Shown piece after piece: positions 39,601-54,600 of a DNA stretch of 64,000 bases (within the stretch, counting starts at the first letter, position 1; the number at the start of each line of letters is the position of its first letter). Below the pieces are notes generated by a model, which was given only the letters and a program-made list of their open reading frames with translations, was not told the origin of the DNA and made no database searches. The position numbers were made by a program, and so were the translations under genes. Source of the DNA: Eledone cirrhosa (Eukaryota); NCBI GenBank assembly GCA_964016885.1, contig OZ024745.1, positions 11,098,001-11,162,000 of the forward strand. The letters run 5' to 3'.

Positions 39601-42600
39601 GTACCACCTAGACACCAAGATAAATTTGGTACACATTACTGTCAGAAACTCCTGTCTCACCTCCTCTTCTACATGTTATTGGTACCACCTAGACACCAAG
39701 GTAACTTTGGTACACATTACTGTCAGAAACCCCTGTCTCACCCCCTCTTCTACATGTTATTGGTACCACCTAGACACCAAGATAACATTTGTACACATTA
39801 CTGTCAGAAACCCCTGTCTCACCTCCTCTACTACATGTTATTGGTACCACCTAGACACCAAGATAACTTTGGTACACATTACTGTCAGAAACCCCTGTCT
39901 CACCCCCTCTTCTACATGTTATTGGTACCACCTAGACACTAAGGTAACTTTGGTACACATTACTGTCAGAAACCCCTGTCTCACCTCCTCTTCTACATGT
40001 TATTGGTACCACCTAGACACCAAGGCAACATTGGTACACATTACTGTCAGAAACTCCTGTCTCACCTCCTCTTCCACATGTTATTGGTACCACATAGACA
40101 CCAAGATAAATTTGGTACACATTACTGTCAGAAACCCCTGTCTCACCCCCTCTTCTACATGTTATTGGTACCACCTAGACACTAAGGTAACTTTGGTACA
40201 CATTACTGTCAGAAACCCCTGTCTCACCCCCTCTTCTACATGTTATTGGGACCACCTAGACACCAAGGTAACTTTGGTACACATTACTGTCAGAAACCCC
40301 TGTCTCACCTCCTCTTCTACATGTTATTGGTACCACCGAGACACCAAGGCAACTTTGGTACACATTACTGTCAGAAACTCCTGTCTCACCTCCTCTTCCA
40401 CATGTTATTGGTACCACCTAGACACCAAGATAACTTTGGTACACATTACTGTCAGAAACCCCTGTCTCACCCCCTCTTCTACATGTTATTGGTACCACCT
40501 AGACACAAAGGTAACTTTGGTACACATTACTGTCAGAAACCCCTGTCTCATCTTCTTTTCTACATGTTATTGGTACCACCTAGACACCAAGGCAACTTTG
40601 GTACACATTACTGTCAGAAACCCCTGCCTCACCTCCTCTTCTACATGATATTGGTACCACCTAGACACCCAGGTAACTTTGGTACACATTACTGTCAGAA
40701 AACCCTGTCTCACCTCCTCTTCTACATGTTATTGGTACCACCTAGACACCAAGGCAACATTGGTACACATTACTGTCACAAACTGCTGTCTCACCTCCTC
40801 TTCCACATGTTATTGGTACCACCTAGACACCAAGATAACTTTGGTACACATTACTGTCAGAAACCCCTGTCTCATCTTCTTTTCTACATGTTATTGGTAC
40901 CACCTAGACACCAAGGCAACTTTGGTACACATTACTGTCAGAAACCCCTGTCTCACCTCCTCTTCTACATGATATTGGTACCACTTAGACACCCAGGTAA
41001 CTTTGGTACACATTACTGTCAGAAACCCCTGCCTCACCTCCTCTTCTACATGTTATTGGTACCACCTAGACACCAAGGCAACTTTGGTACACATTACTGT
41101 CAGAAACTCCTGTCTCACCTCATCTTCTACATGTTATTGGTACCACCGAGACACCAAGGCAACTTTGGTACACATTACTGTCAGAAACTCCTGTCTGACC
41201 TCCTCTTCCACATGTTATTGGTACCACCTAGACACCAAGATAACTTTGGTACACATTACTGTCAGAAAGCCCTGTCTCACCCCCTCTTCTACATGTTATT
41301 GGTACCACCTAGACACAAAGGTAACTTTGGTACACATTACTGTCAGAAACGCCTGTCTCATCTTCTTTTCTACATGTTATTGGTACCACCTAGACACCAA
41401 GGCAACTTTGGTACACATTACTGTCAGAAACCCCTGCCTCACCTCCTCTTCTACATGATATTGGTACCACCTAGACACCCAGGTAACTTTGGTACACATT
41501 ACTGTCAGAAACCCCTGTCTCACCTCCTCTTCTACATGTTATTGGTACCACCTAGACACCAAGGCAACATTGGTACACATTACTGTCACAAACTCCTGTC
41601 TCACCTCCTCTTCCACATGTTATTGGTACCACCTAGACACCAAGATAACTTTGGTACACATTACTGTCAGAAACCCCTGTCTCATCTTCTTTTCTACATG
41701 TTATTGGTACCACCTAGACACCAAGGCAACTTTGGTACACATTACTGTCAGAAACCCCTGTCTCACCTCCTCTTCTACATGATATTGGTACCACTTAGAC
41801 ACCCAGGTAACTTTGGTACACATTACTGTCAGAAACCCCTGCCTCACCTCCTCTTCTACATGTTATTGGTACCACCTAGACACCAAGGCAACTTTGGTAC
41901 ACATTACTGTCAGAAACTCCTGTCTCACCTCATCTTCTACATGTTATTGGTACCACCGAGACACCAAGGCAACTTTGGTACACATTACTGTCAGAAACCT
42001 CTGTCTCACCTCCTCTTCTACATGTTATTGGTACCACCTAGACACCAAGGCAACATTGGTACACATTACTGTCAGAAACTCCTGTCTCACCTCCTCTTCT
42101 ACATGTTATTGGTACCACCTAGACACCAAGGCAAATTTGGTACACATTACTGTCAGAAACCCCTGTCTCACCTCCTCTTCTACATGTTATTGGTACCACC
42201 TAGACACCAAGGCAACATTGGTACACATTACTGTCAGAAACTCCTCTCTCACCTCCTCTTCCACATGTTATTGGTACCACCTAGACACCAAGATAACTTT
42301 GGTACACATTACTGTCAGAAACCCCTGTCTCACCCCCTCTTCTACATGTTATTGGTACCACCTAGACACCAAGATAACTTTGGTACACATTACTGTCAGA
42401 AACTCCTGTCTCACCTCCTCTTCTACATGATATTGGTACCACCTAGACACTAAGGTAACTTTGGTACACATTACTGTCAGAAACCCCCCTCTCACCCCCT
42501 CTTCTACATGTTATTGGTACCACCTAGACACCAAGATAACTTTGGTACACATTACTGTCAGAAACTCCTGTCTCACCTCCTCTTCTACATGTTATTGGTA

Positions 42601-45600
42601 CCACCTAGACACCAAGGTAACTTTGGTACACATTACTGTCAGAAACCCCTGTCTCACCCCCTCTTCTACATGTTATTGGTACCACCTAGACACCAAGATA
42701 ACATTTGTACACATTACTGTCAGAAACCCCTGTCTCACCTCCTCTACTACATGTTATTGGTACCACCTAGACACCAAGATAACTTTGGTACACATTACTG
42801 TCAGAAACCCCTGTCTCACCCCCTCTTCTACATGTTATTGCTACCACCTAGACACTAAGGTAACTTTGGTACACATTACTGTCAGAAACCCCTGTCTCAC
42901 CTCCTCTTCTACATGTTATTGGTACCACCTAGACACCAAGGCAACATTGGTACACATTACTGTCAGAAACTCCTGTCTCACCTCCTCTTCCACATGTTAT
43001 TGGTACCACCTAGACACCAAGATAAATTTGGTACACATTACTGTCAGAAACCCCTGTCTCACCCCCTCTTCTACATGTTATTGGTACCACCTAGACACTA
43101 AGGTAACTTTGGTACACATTACTGTCAGAAACCCCTGTCTCACCCCCTCTTCTACATGTTATTGGTACCACCTAGACACCAAGGTAACTTTGGTACACAT
43201 TACTGTCAGAAACCCCTGTCTCACCTCCTCTTCTACATGTTATTGGTACCACCGAGACACCAAGGCAACTTTGGTACACATTACTGTCAGAAACTCCTGT
43301 CTCACCTCCTCTTCCACATGTTATTGGTACCACCTAGACACCAAGATAACTTTGGTACACATTACTGTCAGAAACCCCTGTCTCACCCCCTCTTCTACAT
43401 GTTATTGGTACCACCTAGACACAAAGGTAACTTTGGTACACATTACTGTCAGAAACCCCTGTCTCATCTTCTTTTCTACATGTTATTGGTACCACCTAGA
43501 CACCAAGGCAACTTTGGTACACATTACTGTCAGAAACCCCTGCCTCACCTCCTCTTCTACATGATATTGGTACCACCTAGACACCCAGGTAACTTTGGTA
43601 CACATTACTGTCAGAAACCCCTCTCTCACCTCCTCTTCTACATATTATTGGTACCACCTAGACACCAAGGCAACATTGGTACACATTACTGTCAGAAACT
43701 CCTCTCTCACCTCCTCTTCCACATGTTATTGGTACCACCTAGACACCAAGATAACTTTGGTACACATTACTGTCAGAAACCCCTGTCTCATCTTCTTTTC
43801 TACATGTTATTGGTACCACCTAGACACCAAGGCAACTTTGGTACACATTACTGTCAGAAACCCCTGTCTCACCTCCTCTTCTACATGATATTGGTACCAC
43901 TAAGACACCCAGGTAACTTTGGTACACATTACTGTCAGAAACCCCTGCCTCACCTCCTCTTCTACATGTTATTGGTACCACCTAGACACCAAGGCAACTT
44001 TGGTACACATTACTGTCAGAAACTCCTGTCTCACCTCATCTTCTACATGTTATTGGTACCACCGAGACACCAAGGCAACTTTGGTACACATTACTGTCAG
44101 AAACTCCTGTCTGACCTCCTCTTCCACATGTTATTGGTACCACCTAGACACCAAGATAACTTTGGTACACATTACTGTCAGAAACCCCTGTCTCACCCCC
44201 TCTTCTACATGTTATTGGTACCACCTAGACACAAAGGTAACTTTGGTACACATTACTGTCAGAAACGCCTGTCTCATCTTCTTTTCTACATGTTATTGGT
44301 ACCACCTAGACACCAAGGCAACTTTGGTACACATTACTGTCAGAAACCCCTGCCTCACCTCCTCTTCTACATGATATTGGTACCACCTAGACACCAAGGT
44401 AACTTTGGTACACATTACTGTCAGAAACCCCTGTCTCACCTCCTCTTCTACATGTTATTGGTACCACCTAGACACCAAGGCAACATTGGTACACATTACT
44501 GTCACAAACTCCTGTCTCACCTCCTCTTCCACATGTTATTGGTACCACCTAGACACCAAGATAACTTTGGTACACATTACTGTCAGAAACCCCTGTCTCA
44601 TCTTCTTTTCTACATGTTATTGGTACCATCTAGACACCAAGGCAACTTTGGTACACATTACTGTCAGAAACCCCTGTCTCACCTCCTCTTCTACATGATA
44701 TTGTTACCACTTAGACACCCAGGTAACTTTGGTACACATTACTGTCAGAAACCCCTGCCTCACCTCCTCTTCTACATGTTATTGGTACCACCTAGACACC
44801 AAGGCAACTTTGGTACACATTACTGTCAGAAACTCCTGTCTCACCTCATCTTCTACATGTTATTGGTACCACCGAGACACCAAGGCAACTTTGGTACACA
44901 TTACTGTCAGAAACCTCTGTCTCACCTCCTCCTCTACATGTTATTGGTACCACCTAGACACCAAGGCAACTTTGGTACACATTACTGTCAGAAACCCCTG
45001 TCTCACCTCCTCTTCTACATGTTATTGGTACCACCTAGACACCAAGGCAACATTGGTACACATTACTGTCAGAAACCCCTGTCTCACCCCCTCTTCTACA
45101 TGTTATTGGTACCACCGAGACACCAAGGCAACTTTGGTACACATTACTGTCAGAAACTCCTGTCTCACCTCCTCTTCTACATGTTATTGGTACCACCTAG
45201 ACACCAAGGCAAATTTGGTACACATTACTGTCAGAAACCCCTGTCTCACCTCCTCTTCTACATGTTATTGGTACCACCTAGACACCAAGGTGACTTTGGT
45301 ACACATTACTGTCAGAAACCCCTGTCTCACCTCATCTCCTACATGTTATTGGTACCACCTAGACACCAAGATAACTTTGGTACACATTACTGTCAGAAAC
45401 CCCTGTCTCCTCTTCTTTTCTACATGTTATTGGTACCACCTAGACACCAAGGCAACATTGGTACACATTACTGTCAGAAACTCCTCTCTCACCTCCTCTT
45501 CCACATGTTATTGGTACCACCTAGACACCAAGATAACTTTGGTACACATTACTGTCAGAAACCCCTGTCTCACCCCCTCTTCTACATGTTATTGGTACCA

Positions 45601-48600
45601 CCTCGACACTAAGGTAACTTTGGTACACATTACTGTCACAAACTCCTGTCTCACCTCCTCTTCCACATGTTATTGGTACCACCTAGACACCAAGATAACT
45701 TTGGTACACATTACTGTCAGAAACCCCTGTCTCCTCTTCTTTTCTACATGTTATTGGTACCACCTAGACACCAAGGCAACTTTGGTACACATTACTGTCA
45801 GAAACCCTTGTCTCACCTCCTCTTCTACTTGATATTGGTACCACTTAGACACCCAGGTCACTTTGGTACACATTACTGTCAGAAACCCCTGCCTCACCTC
45901 CTCTTCTACATGTTATTGGTACCACCTAGACACCAAGGCAACTTTGGTACACATTACTGTCAGAAACTCCTGTCTCACCTCATCTTCTACATGTTATTGG
46001 TACCACCGAGACACCAAGGCAACTTTGGTACACATTACTGTCAGAAACCTCTGTCTCACCTCCTCTTCTACATGTTATTGGTACCACCTAGACACCAAGG
46101 CAAATTTGGTACACATTACTGTCAGAAACCCCTGTCTCACCTCCTCTTCTACATGTTATTGGTACCACCTAGACACCAAGGCAACTTTGGTACACATTAC
46201 TGTCAGAAACCTCTGTCTCACCTCCTCTTCTACATGTTATTGGTACCACCTAGACACCAAGGCAAATTTGGTACACATTACTGTCAGAAACCCCTGTCTC
46301 ACCTCCTCTTCTACATGTTATTGGTACCACCTAGACACCAAGGCAACATTGGTACACATTACTGTCAGAAACTCCTCTCTCACCTCCTCTTCCACATGTT
46401 ATTGGTACCACCTAGACACCAAGATAACTTTGGTACACATTACTGTCAGAAACCCCTATCTCACCCCCTCTTCTACATGTTATTGGTACCACCTAGACAC
46501 TAAGGTAACTTTGGTACACATTACTGTCAGAAACTCCTGTCTCACCCCCTCTTCTACATGTTATTGGTACAACCGAGACACCAAGGCAACTTTGGTACAC
46601 ATTACTGTCAGAAACTCCTGTCTCACCTACTCTTCCACATGTTATTGGTACCATCTAGACACCAAGATAACTTTGGTACACATTACTGTCAGAAACCCCT
46701 GTCTCACCCCCTCTTCTACATGTTATTGGTACCACCTAGACACAAAGGTAACTTTGGTACATATTACTGTCAGAAACCCCTGTCTCATCTTCTTTTCTAC
46801 ATGTTATTGGTACCACCTAGACACCAAGATAACTTTGGTACACATTACTGTCAGAAACCCCTGCCTCACCTCCTCTTCTACATGATATTGGTACCACCTA
46901 GACACCCAGGTAACTTTGGTACACATTACTGTCAGAAACCCCTGTCTCACCTCCTCTTCTACATGTTATTGGTACCACCTAGACACCAAGGCAACATTGG
47001 TACACATTACTGTCACAAACTCCTGTCTCACCTCCTCTTCCACATGTTATTGGTACCACCTAGACACCAAGATAACTTTGGTACACATTACTGTCAGAAA
47101 CCCCTGTCTCATCTTCTTTTCTACATGTTATTGGTACCACCTAGACACCAAGGCAACTATGGTACACAATACTGTCAGAAACCCCTGTCTCACCTCCTCT
47201 TCTACATGATATTGGTACCACTTAGACACTAAGGTAACTTTGGTACACATTACTGTCAGAAACCCCTGTCTCACCTCCTCTTCTACATGTTATTGGTACC
47301 ACCTAGACACCAAGACAACTTTGGTACACATTACTGTCAGAAACCCCTGTCTCACCCCCTCTTCTACATGTTATAAGTACCACCTAGACACCAAGGTAAC
47401 TTTAGTACACATTACTGTCAGAAACCCCTGTCTCATCTCCTTTTCTACATGTTATTGGTACCACCTAGACACCAAGGCAACTTTGGTACACATTACTGTC
47501 AGAAACCCCTGCCTCACCTCCTCTTCTACATGATATTGGTACCACCTAGACACCCAGGTAACTTTGGTACACATTACTGTCAGAAACCCCTGCCTCACCT
47601 CCTCTTCTACATGTTATTGGTACCACCTAGACACCAAGGCAACTTTGGTACACATTACTGTCAGAAACTCCTGTCTCACCTCATCTTCTACATGTTATTG
47701 GTACCACCGAGACACCAAGGCAACTTTGGTACACATTACTGTCAGAAACCTCTGTCTCACCTCCTCTTCTACATGTTATTGGTACCACCTAGACACCAAG
47801 ATAACTTTGGTACACATTACTGTCAGAAACCCCTGTCTCACCCCCTCTTCTACATGTTATTGGTACCACCTAGACACTAAGGTAACTTTGGTACACATTA
47901 CTGTCAGAAACTCCTGTCTCACCTCCTCTTCTACATGTTATTGGTACCACCTAGACACCAAGGCAACTTTGGTACACATTACTGTCAGAAACCCCTGTAT
48001 CACCTCATCTTCTATATGTTATTGGTACCACCGAGACACCAAGGCAACTTTGGTACACATTACTGTCAGAAACCTCTGTCTCACCTCCTCTTCTACATGT
48101 TATTGGTACCACCTAGACACTAAGGTAACTTTGGTACACATTACTGTCAGAAACTCCTGTCTCACCTCCCCTTGTACATGTTATTGGTACCAACTAGACT
48201 CCAAGATAACTTTGGTACACATTACTGTCAGAAACCCCTGTCTCACCCCCTCTTCTACATGTTATTGGTACCACCTAGACACTAAGGTAACTTTGGTACA
48301 TATTACCGTCAGAAACTCCTGTCTCACCCCCTCTTCCACATGTTATTGGTACCACCTAGACACCAAGATAACTTTGGTACACATTACTGTCAGAAACCCC
48401 TGTCTCACCCCCTCTTCTACATGTTATTGGTACCACCTAGACACCAAGGCAACTTTGGTACATATTACTGTCAGAATCCCCTGTCTCACCTCCTCTTCTA
48501 CATGTTATTGGTACCACCTAGACAAAAAGGCAACTTTGGTACACATTACTGTCAGAAACTCCTGTCTCACCTCCTCTTCTACATGTTATTGGTACCACCT

Positions 48601-51600
48601 AGACACCAAGGCAACTTTGGTACACATTACTGTCAGAAACCCCTGTCTCACCTCCTCTTCTACATGTTATTGGTACCACCTAGACACCAAGGTAACTTTG
48701 GTACACATTACTGTCAGAAACCCCTGTCTCACCTCCTCTTCTACATGTTATTGGTACCACCTAGACACCAAGGCAACTTTGGTACACATTACTGTCAGAA
48801 ACTCCTGTCTCACCCCCTCTTCTACATGTTGTTGGTACCACCTAGACACCAAGGCAACTTTGGTACACATTACTGTCAGAAACCCCTTTCTCACCTCCTC
48901 TTCTACATGTTATTGGTACCACCTAGACAAAAAGGCAACTTTGGTACACATTACTGTCAGAAACTCCTGTCTCACCTCCTCTTCCACATGTTATTGGTAC
49001 CACCTAGACACCAAGATAACTTTGGTACACGTTACTGTCAGAAACCCCTGTATCACCCCCTCTTCTACATGTTATTGGTACCACCTAGGCACTAAGGTAA
49101 CTTTGGTACACATTACTGTCAGAAACCCCTGTCTCACCCCCTCTTCTACATGTTATTGGTACCACCTAGACACCAAGATAACTTTGGTACACATTACTGT
49201 CAGAAACTCCTGTCTCACCTCCTCTTCTACATGTTATTGGTACCACCTAGACACCAAGGTAACTTTGGTACACATTACTGTCAGAAACCCCTGTCTCACC
49301 CCCTCTTCTACATGTTATTGGTACCACCTAGACACCAAGATAACTTTTGTACACATTACTGTCAGAAACCCCTGTCTCACCTCCTCTACTACATGTTATT
49401 GGTACCACCTAGACACCAAGATAACTTTGGTACACATTACTGTCAGAAACCCCTGTCTCACCCCCTCTTCTACATGTTATTGGTACCACCTAGACACTAA
49501 GGTAACTTTGGTACACATTACTGTCAGAAACCCCTGTCTCACCTCCTCTTCTACATGTTATTGGTACCACCTAGACACCAAGGCAACATTGGTACACATT
49601 ACTGTCAGAAACTCCTGTCTCACCTCCTCTTCCACATGTTATTGGTACCACCTAGACACCAAGATAAATTTGGTACACATTACTGTCAGAAACCCCTGTC
49701 TCACCCCCTCTTCTACATGTTATTGGTACCACCTAGACACTAAGGTAACTTTGGTACACATTACTGTCAGAAACCCCTGTCTCACCTCCTCTTCTACATG
49801 TTATTGGTACCACCTAGACACCAAGGCAACTTTGGTACACATTACTGTCAGAAACCCCTGTCTCACCCCCTCTTCTACATGTTATTGGTACCACCTAGAC
49901 ACCAAGGTAACTTTGGTACACATTACTGTCAGAAACCCCTGTCTCACCCCCTCTTCTACATGTTATTGGTACCACCTAGACACCAAGGCAACTTTGGTAC
50001 ATATTACTGTCAGAAACTCCTGTCTCACCTCATCTTCTACATGTTATTGGTACCACCGAGACACCAAGGCAACTTTGGTACACATTACTGTCAGAAACTC
50101 CTGTCTGACCTCCTCTTCCACATGTTATTGGTACCACCTAGACACCAAGATAACTTTGGTACACATTACTGTCAGAAACCCCTGTCTCACCCCCTCTTCT
50201 ACATGTTATTGGTACCACCTAGACACAAAGGTAACTTTGGTACACATTACTGTCAGAAACGCCTGTCTCATCTTCTTTTCTACATGTTATTGGTACCACC
50301 TAGACACCAAGGCAACTTTGGTACACATTACTGTCAGAAACCCCTGCCTCACCTCCTCTTCTACATGATATTGGTACCACCTAGACACCCAGGTAACTTT
50401 GGTACACATTACTGTCAGAAACCCCTGTCTCACCTCCTCTTCTACATGTTATTGGTACCACCTAGACACCAAGGCAACATTGGTACACATTACTGTCACA
50501 AACTCCTGTCTCACCTCCTCTTCCACATGTTATTGGTACCAACTAGACACCAAGATAACTTTGGTACACATTACTGTCAGAAACTCCTGTCTCATCTTCT
50601 TTTCTACATGTTATTGGTACCACCTAGACACCAAGGCAACTTTGGTACACATTACTGTCAGAAACCCCTGTCTCACCTCCTCTTCTACATGATATTGGTA
50701 CCACTTAGACACCCAGGTAACTTTGGTACACATTACTGTCAGAAACCCCTGCCTCACCTCCTCTTCTACATGTTATTGGTACCACTTACACACCAAGGCA
50801 ACTTTGGTACACATTACTGTCAGAAACTCCTGTCTCACCTCATCTTCTACATGTTATTGGTACCACCGAGACACCAAGGCAACTTTGGTACACATTTCTG
50901 TCAGAAACCTCTGTCTCACCTCCTCTTCTACATGTTATTGGTACCACCTAGACACCAAGGCAACATTGGTACACATTACTGTCAGAAACTCCTGTCTCAC
51001 CTCCTCTTCTACATGTTATTGGTACCACCTAGACACCAAGGCAAATTTGGTACACATTACTGTCAGAAACCCCTGTCTCACCTCCTCTTCTACATGTTAT
51101 TGGTACCACCTAGACACCAAGGCAACATTGGTACACATTACTGTCAGAAACTCCTCTCTCACCTCCTCTTCCACATGTTATTGGTACCACCTAGACACCA
51201 AGATAACTTTGGTACACATTACTGTCAGAAACCCCTGTCTCACCCCCTCTTCTACATGTTATTGGTACCACCTAGACACTAAGGTAACTTTGGTACACAT
51301 TACTGTCAGAAACTCCTGTCTCACCCCCTCTTCTACATGTTATTGGTACAACCGAGACACCAAGGCAACTTTGGTACACATTACTGTAGGAAACCCCTGT
51401 CTCATCTTCTTTTCTACATGTTATTGGTACCACCTAGACACCAAGATAACTTTGGTACACATTACTGTCAGAAACCCCTGCCTCACCTCCTCTTCTACAT
51501 GATATTGGTACCACCTAGACACCCAGGTAACTTTGGTACACATTACTGTCAGAAACCCCTGTCTCACCTCCTCTTCTACATGTTATTGGTACCACCTAGA

Positions 51601-54600
51601 CACCAAGGCAACATTGGTACACATTACTGTCACAAACTCCTGTCTCACCTCCTCTTCCACATGTTATTGGTACCACCTAGACACCAAGATAAATTTGGTA
51701 CACATTACTGTCAGAAACCCCTGTCTCATCTTCTTTTCTACATGTTATTGGTACCACCTAGACACCAAGGCAACTTTGGTACACATTACTGTCAGAAACC
51801 CCTGTCTCACCTCCTCTTCTACATGTTATTGGTACCACCTAGACACCAAGGCAACTTTGGTACACATTACTGTCAGAAACTCCTGTCTCACTTCCTCTTC
51901 CACATGTTATTGGTACCACCTAGACACCAAGATAACTTTGGTACACATTACTGTCAGAAACCCCTGTCTCACCCCCTCTTCTACATGTTATTGGTACCAC
52001 CTAGACACAAAGGTAACTTTGGTACACATTACTGTCAGAAACCCCTGTCTCATCTTCTTTTCTACATGTTATTGGTACCACCTAGACACCAAGGCAACTT
52101 TGGTACACATTACTGTCAGAAACCCCTGTCTCACCTCCTCTTCTACATGTTATTGGTACCACCTAGACACCAAGGCAACATTGGTACACATTACTGACAC
52201 AAACTCCTGTCTCACCTCCTCTTCCACATGTTATTGGTACCACGTAGACACCAAGATGAATTTGGTACACATTACTGTCAGAAACCCCTGTCTCATCTTC
52301 TTTTCTACATGTTATTTGTACCACCTAGACAGCAAGGCAACTTTGGTACACATTATTGTCAGAAACCCCTGTCTCACCTCCTCTTCTACATGTTATTGGT
52401 ACCACCTATACACCAAGGCAACTTTGGTACACATTACTGTCAGAAACCCCTGTATCACCTCATCTTCTATATGTTATTGGTACCACCGAGACACCAAGGC
52501 AACTTTGGTACACATTACTGTCAGAAACCTCTGTCTCACCTCCTCTTCTACATGTTATTGTTACCACCTAGACACCAAGGCAGCTTTGGTACACATTACT
52601 GTCAGAAACCCCTGTCTCACCCCCTCTTCTACATGTTATTGGTACCACCTAGACACCAAGGCAGCTTTGGTACACATTACTGTCAGAAACCCCTGTCTCA
52701 CCCCCTCTTCTACATGTTATTGGTACCACCTAGACACCAAGGCAACATTGGTACACATTACTGTCAGAAACTCCTGTCTCACCTCCTCTTCCACATGTTA
52801 TTGGTACCACCTAGACACCAAGATAACTTTGGTACACATTACTGTCAGAAACCCCTGTCTCACCCCCTCTTCTACATGTTATTGGTACCACCTAGACACT
52901 AAGGTAACTTTGGTACACATTACTGTCAGAAACCCCTGTCTCATCTTCTTTTCTACATGTTATTGGAACCACCTAGACACCAAGGCAACTTTGGTACACA
53001 TTACTGTCAGAAACCCCTGTCTCACCCCCTCTTCTACATGTTATTGGTACCACCTAGACACTAAGGTAACTTTGGTACACATTACTGTCAGAAACCCCTG
53101 TCTCATCTTCTTTTCTACATGTTATTGGAACCACCTAGACACCAAGGCAACTTTGGTACACATTACTGTCAGAAACCCCTGTCTCACCCCCTCTTCTACA
53201 TGTTATTGGTACCACCTAGACACTAAGGTAACTTTGGTACACATTACTGTCAGAAACCCCTGTCTCATCTTCTTTTCTACATGTTATTGGAACCACCTAG
53301 ACACCAAGGCAACTTTGGTACACATTACTGTCAGAAACCCCTGCCTCACCTCCTCTTCTACATGATATTGGTACCACCTAGACACCCAGGTAACTTTGGT
53401 ACACATTACTGTCAGAAAGCCCTGCCTCACCTCCTCTCCTATATGTTATTGGTACCACCTAGACACCAAGGCAACTTTGGTACACATTACTGTCAGAAAC
53501 TCCTGTCTCACTTCCTCTTCTACATGTTATTGGTACCACCTAGACACCAAGGCAAATTTGGTACACATTACTGTCAGAAACCCCTGTCTTACCTCCTCTT
53601 CTACATGTTATTGGAATCACCTAGACACCAAGATAACTTTGGTACACATTACTGTCAGAAACCCCTGTCTCACCCCCTCTTCTACATGTTATTGGTACCC
53701 CCTAGACACTAAGGTAACTTTGGTACACATTACTGTCAGAAACCCCTGTCTCACCTCCTCTTCTACATGTTATTGGTACCACCTAGACACCAAGGCAACT
53801 TTGGTACACATTACTGTTAGAAACTCCTGTCTCACCTCCTCTTCCACATGTTATTGGTACCACCTAGACACCAAGATAACTTTGGTACACATTACTGTCA
53901 GAAACCCCTGTCTCACCCCCTCTTCTACATGTTATTGGTACCACCTAGACACTAAGGTAACTTTGGTACACATTACTGTCAGAAACCCCTGTCTCACCTC
54001 CTCTTCTACATGTTATTGGTACCACCTAGACACCAAGGCAACTTTGGTACACATTACTGTCAGAAACCCCTGTCTCACCCCCTCTTCTACATGTTATTGG
54101 TACCACCTAGACACCAAGGCAACTTTGGTACACATTACTGTCAGAAACCCCTGCCTCACCTCCTCTTCTACATGATATTGGTACCACCTAGACACCCAGG
54201 TAACTTTGGTACACATTACTGTCAGAAACCCCTGCCTCACCTCCTCTTCTAAATGTTATTGGTACCACCTAGACACCAAGGCAACTTTGGTACACATTAC
54301 TGTCAGAAACTCCTGTCTCACCTCATCTCCTACATGTTATTGGTACCACCGAGACACCAAGGCAACTTTGGTACACATTACTGTCAGAAACCTCTGTCTC
54401 ACCTCCTCTGCTACATGGTATTGGTACCACCTAGACACCAAGGCAACATTGGTACACATTACTGTCAGAAACTCCTGTCTCACCTCCTCTTCCACATGTT
54501 ATTGGTACCACCTAGACACCAAGATAACTTTGGTACACATTACTGTCAGAAACCCCTGTCTCACCCCCTCTTCTACATGTTATTGGTACCACCTAGACAC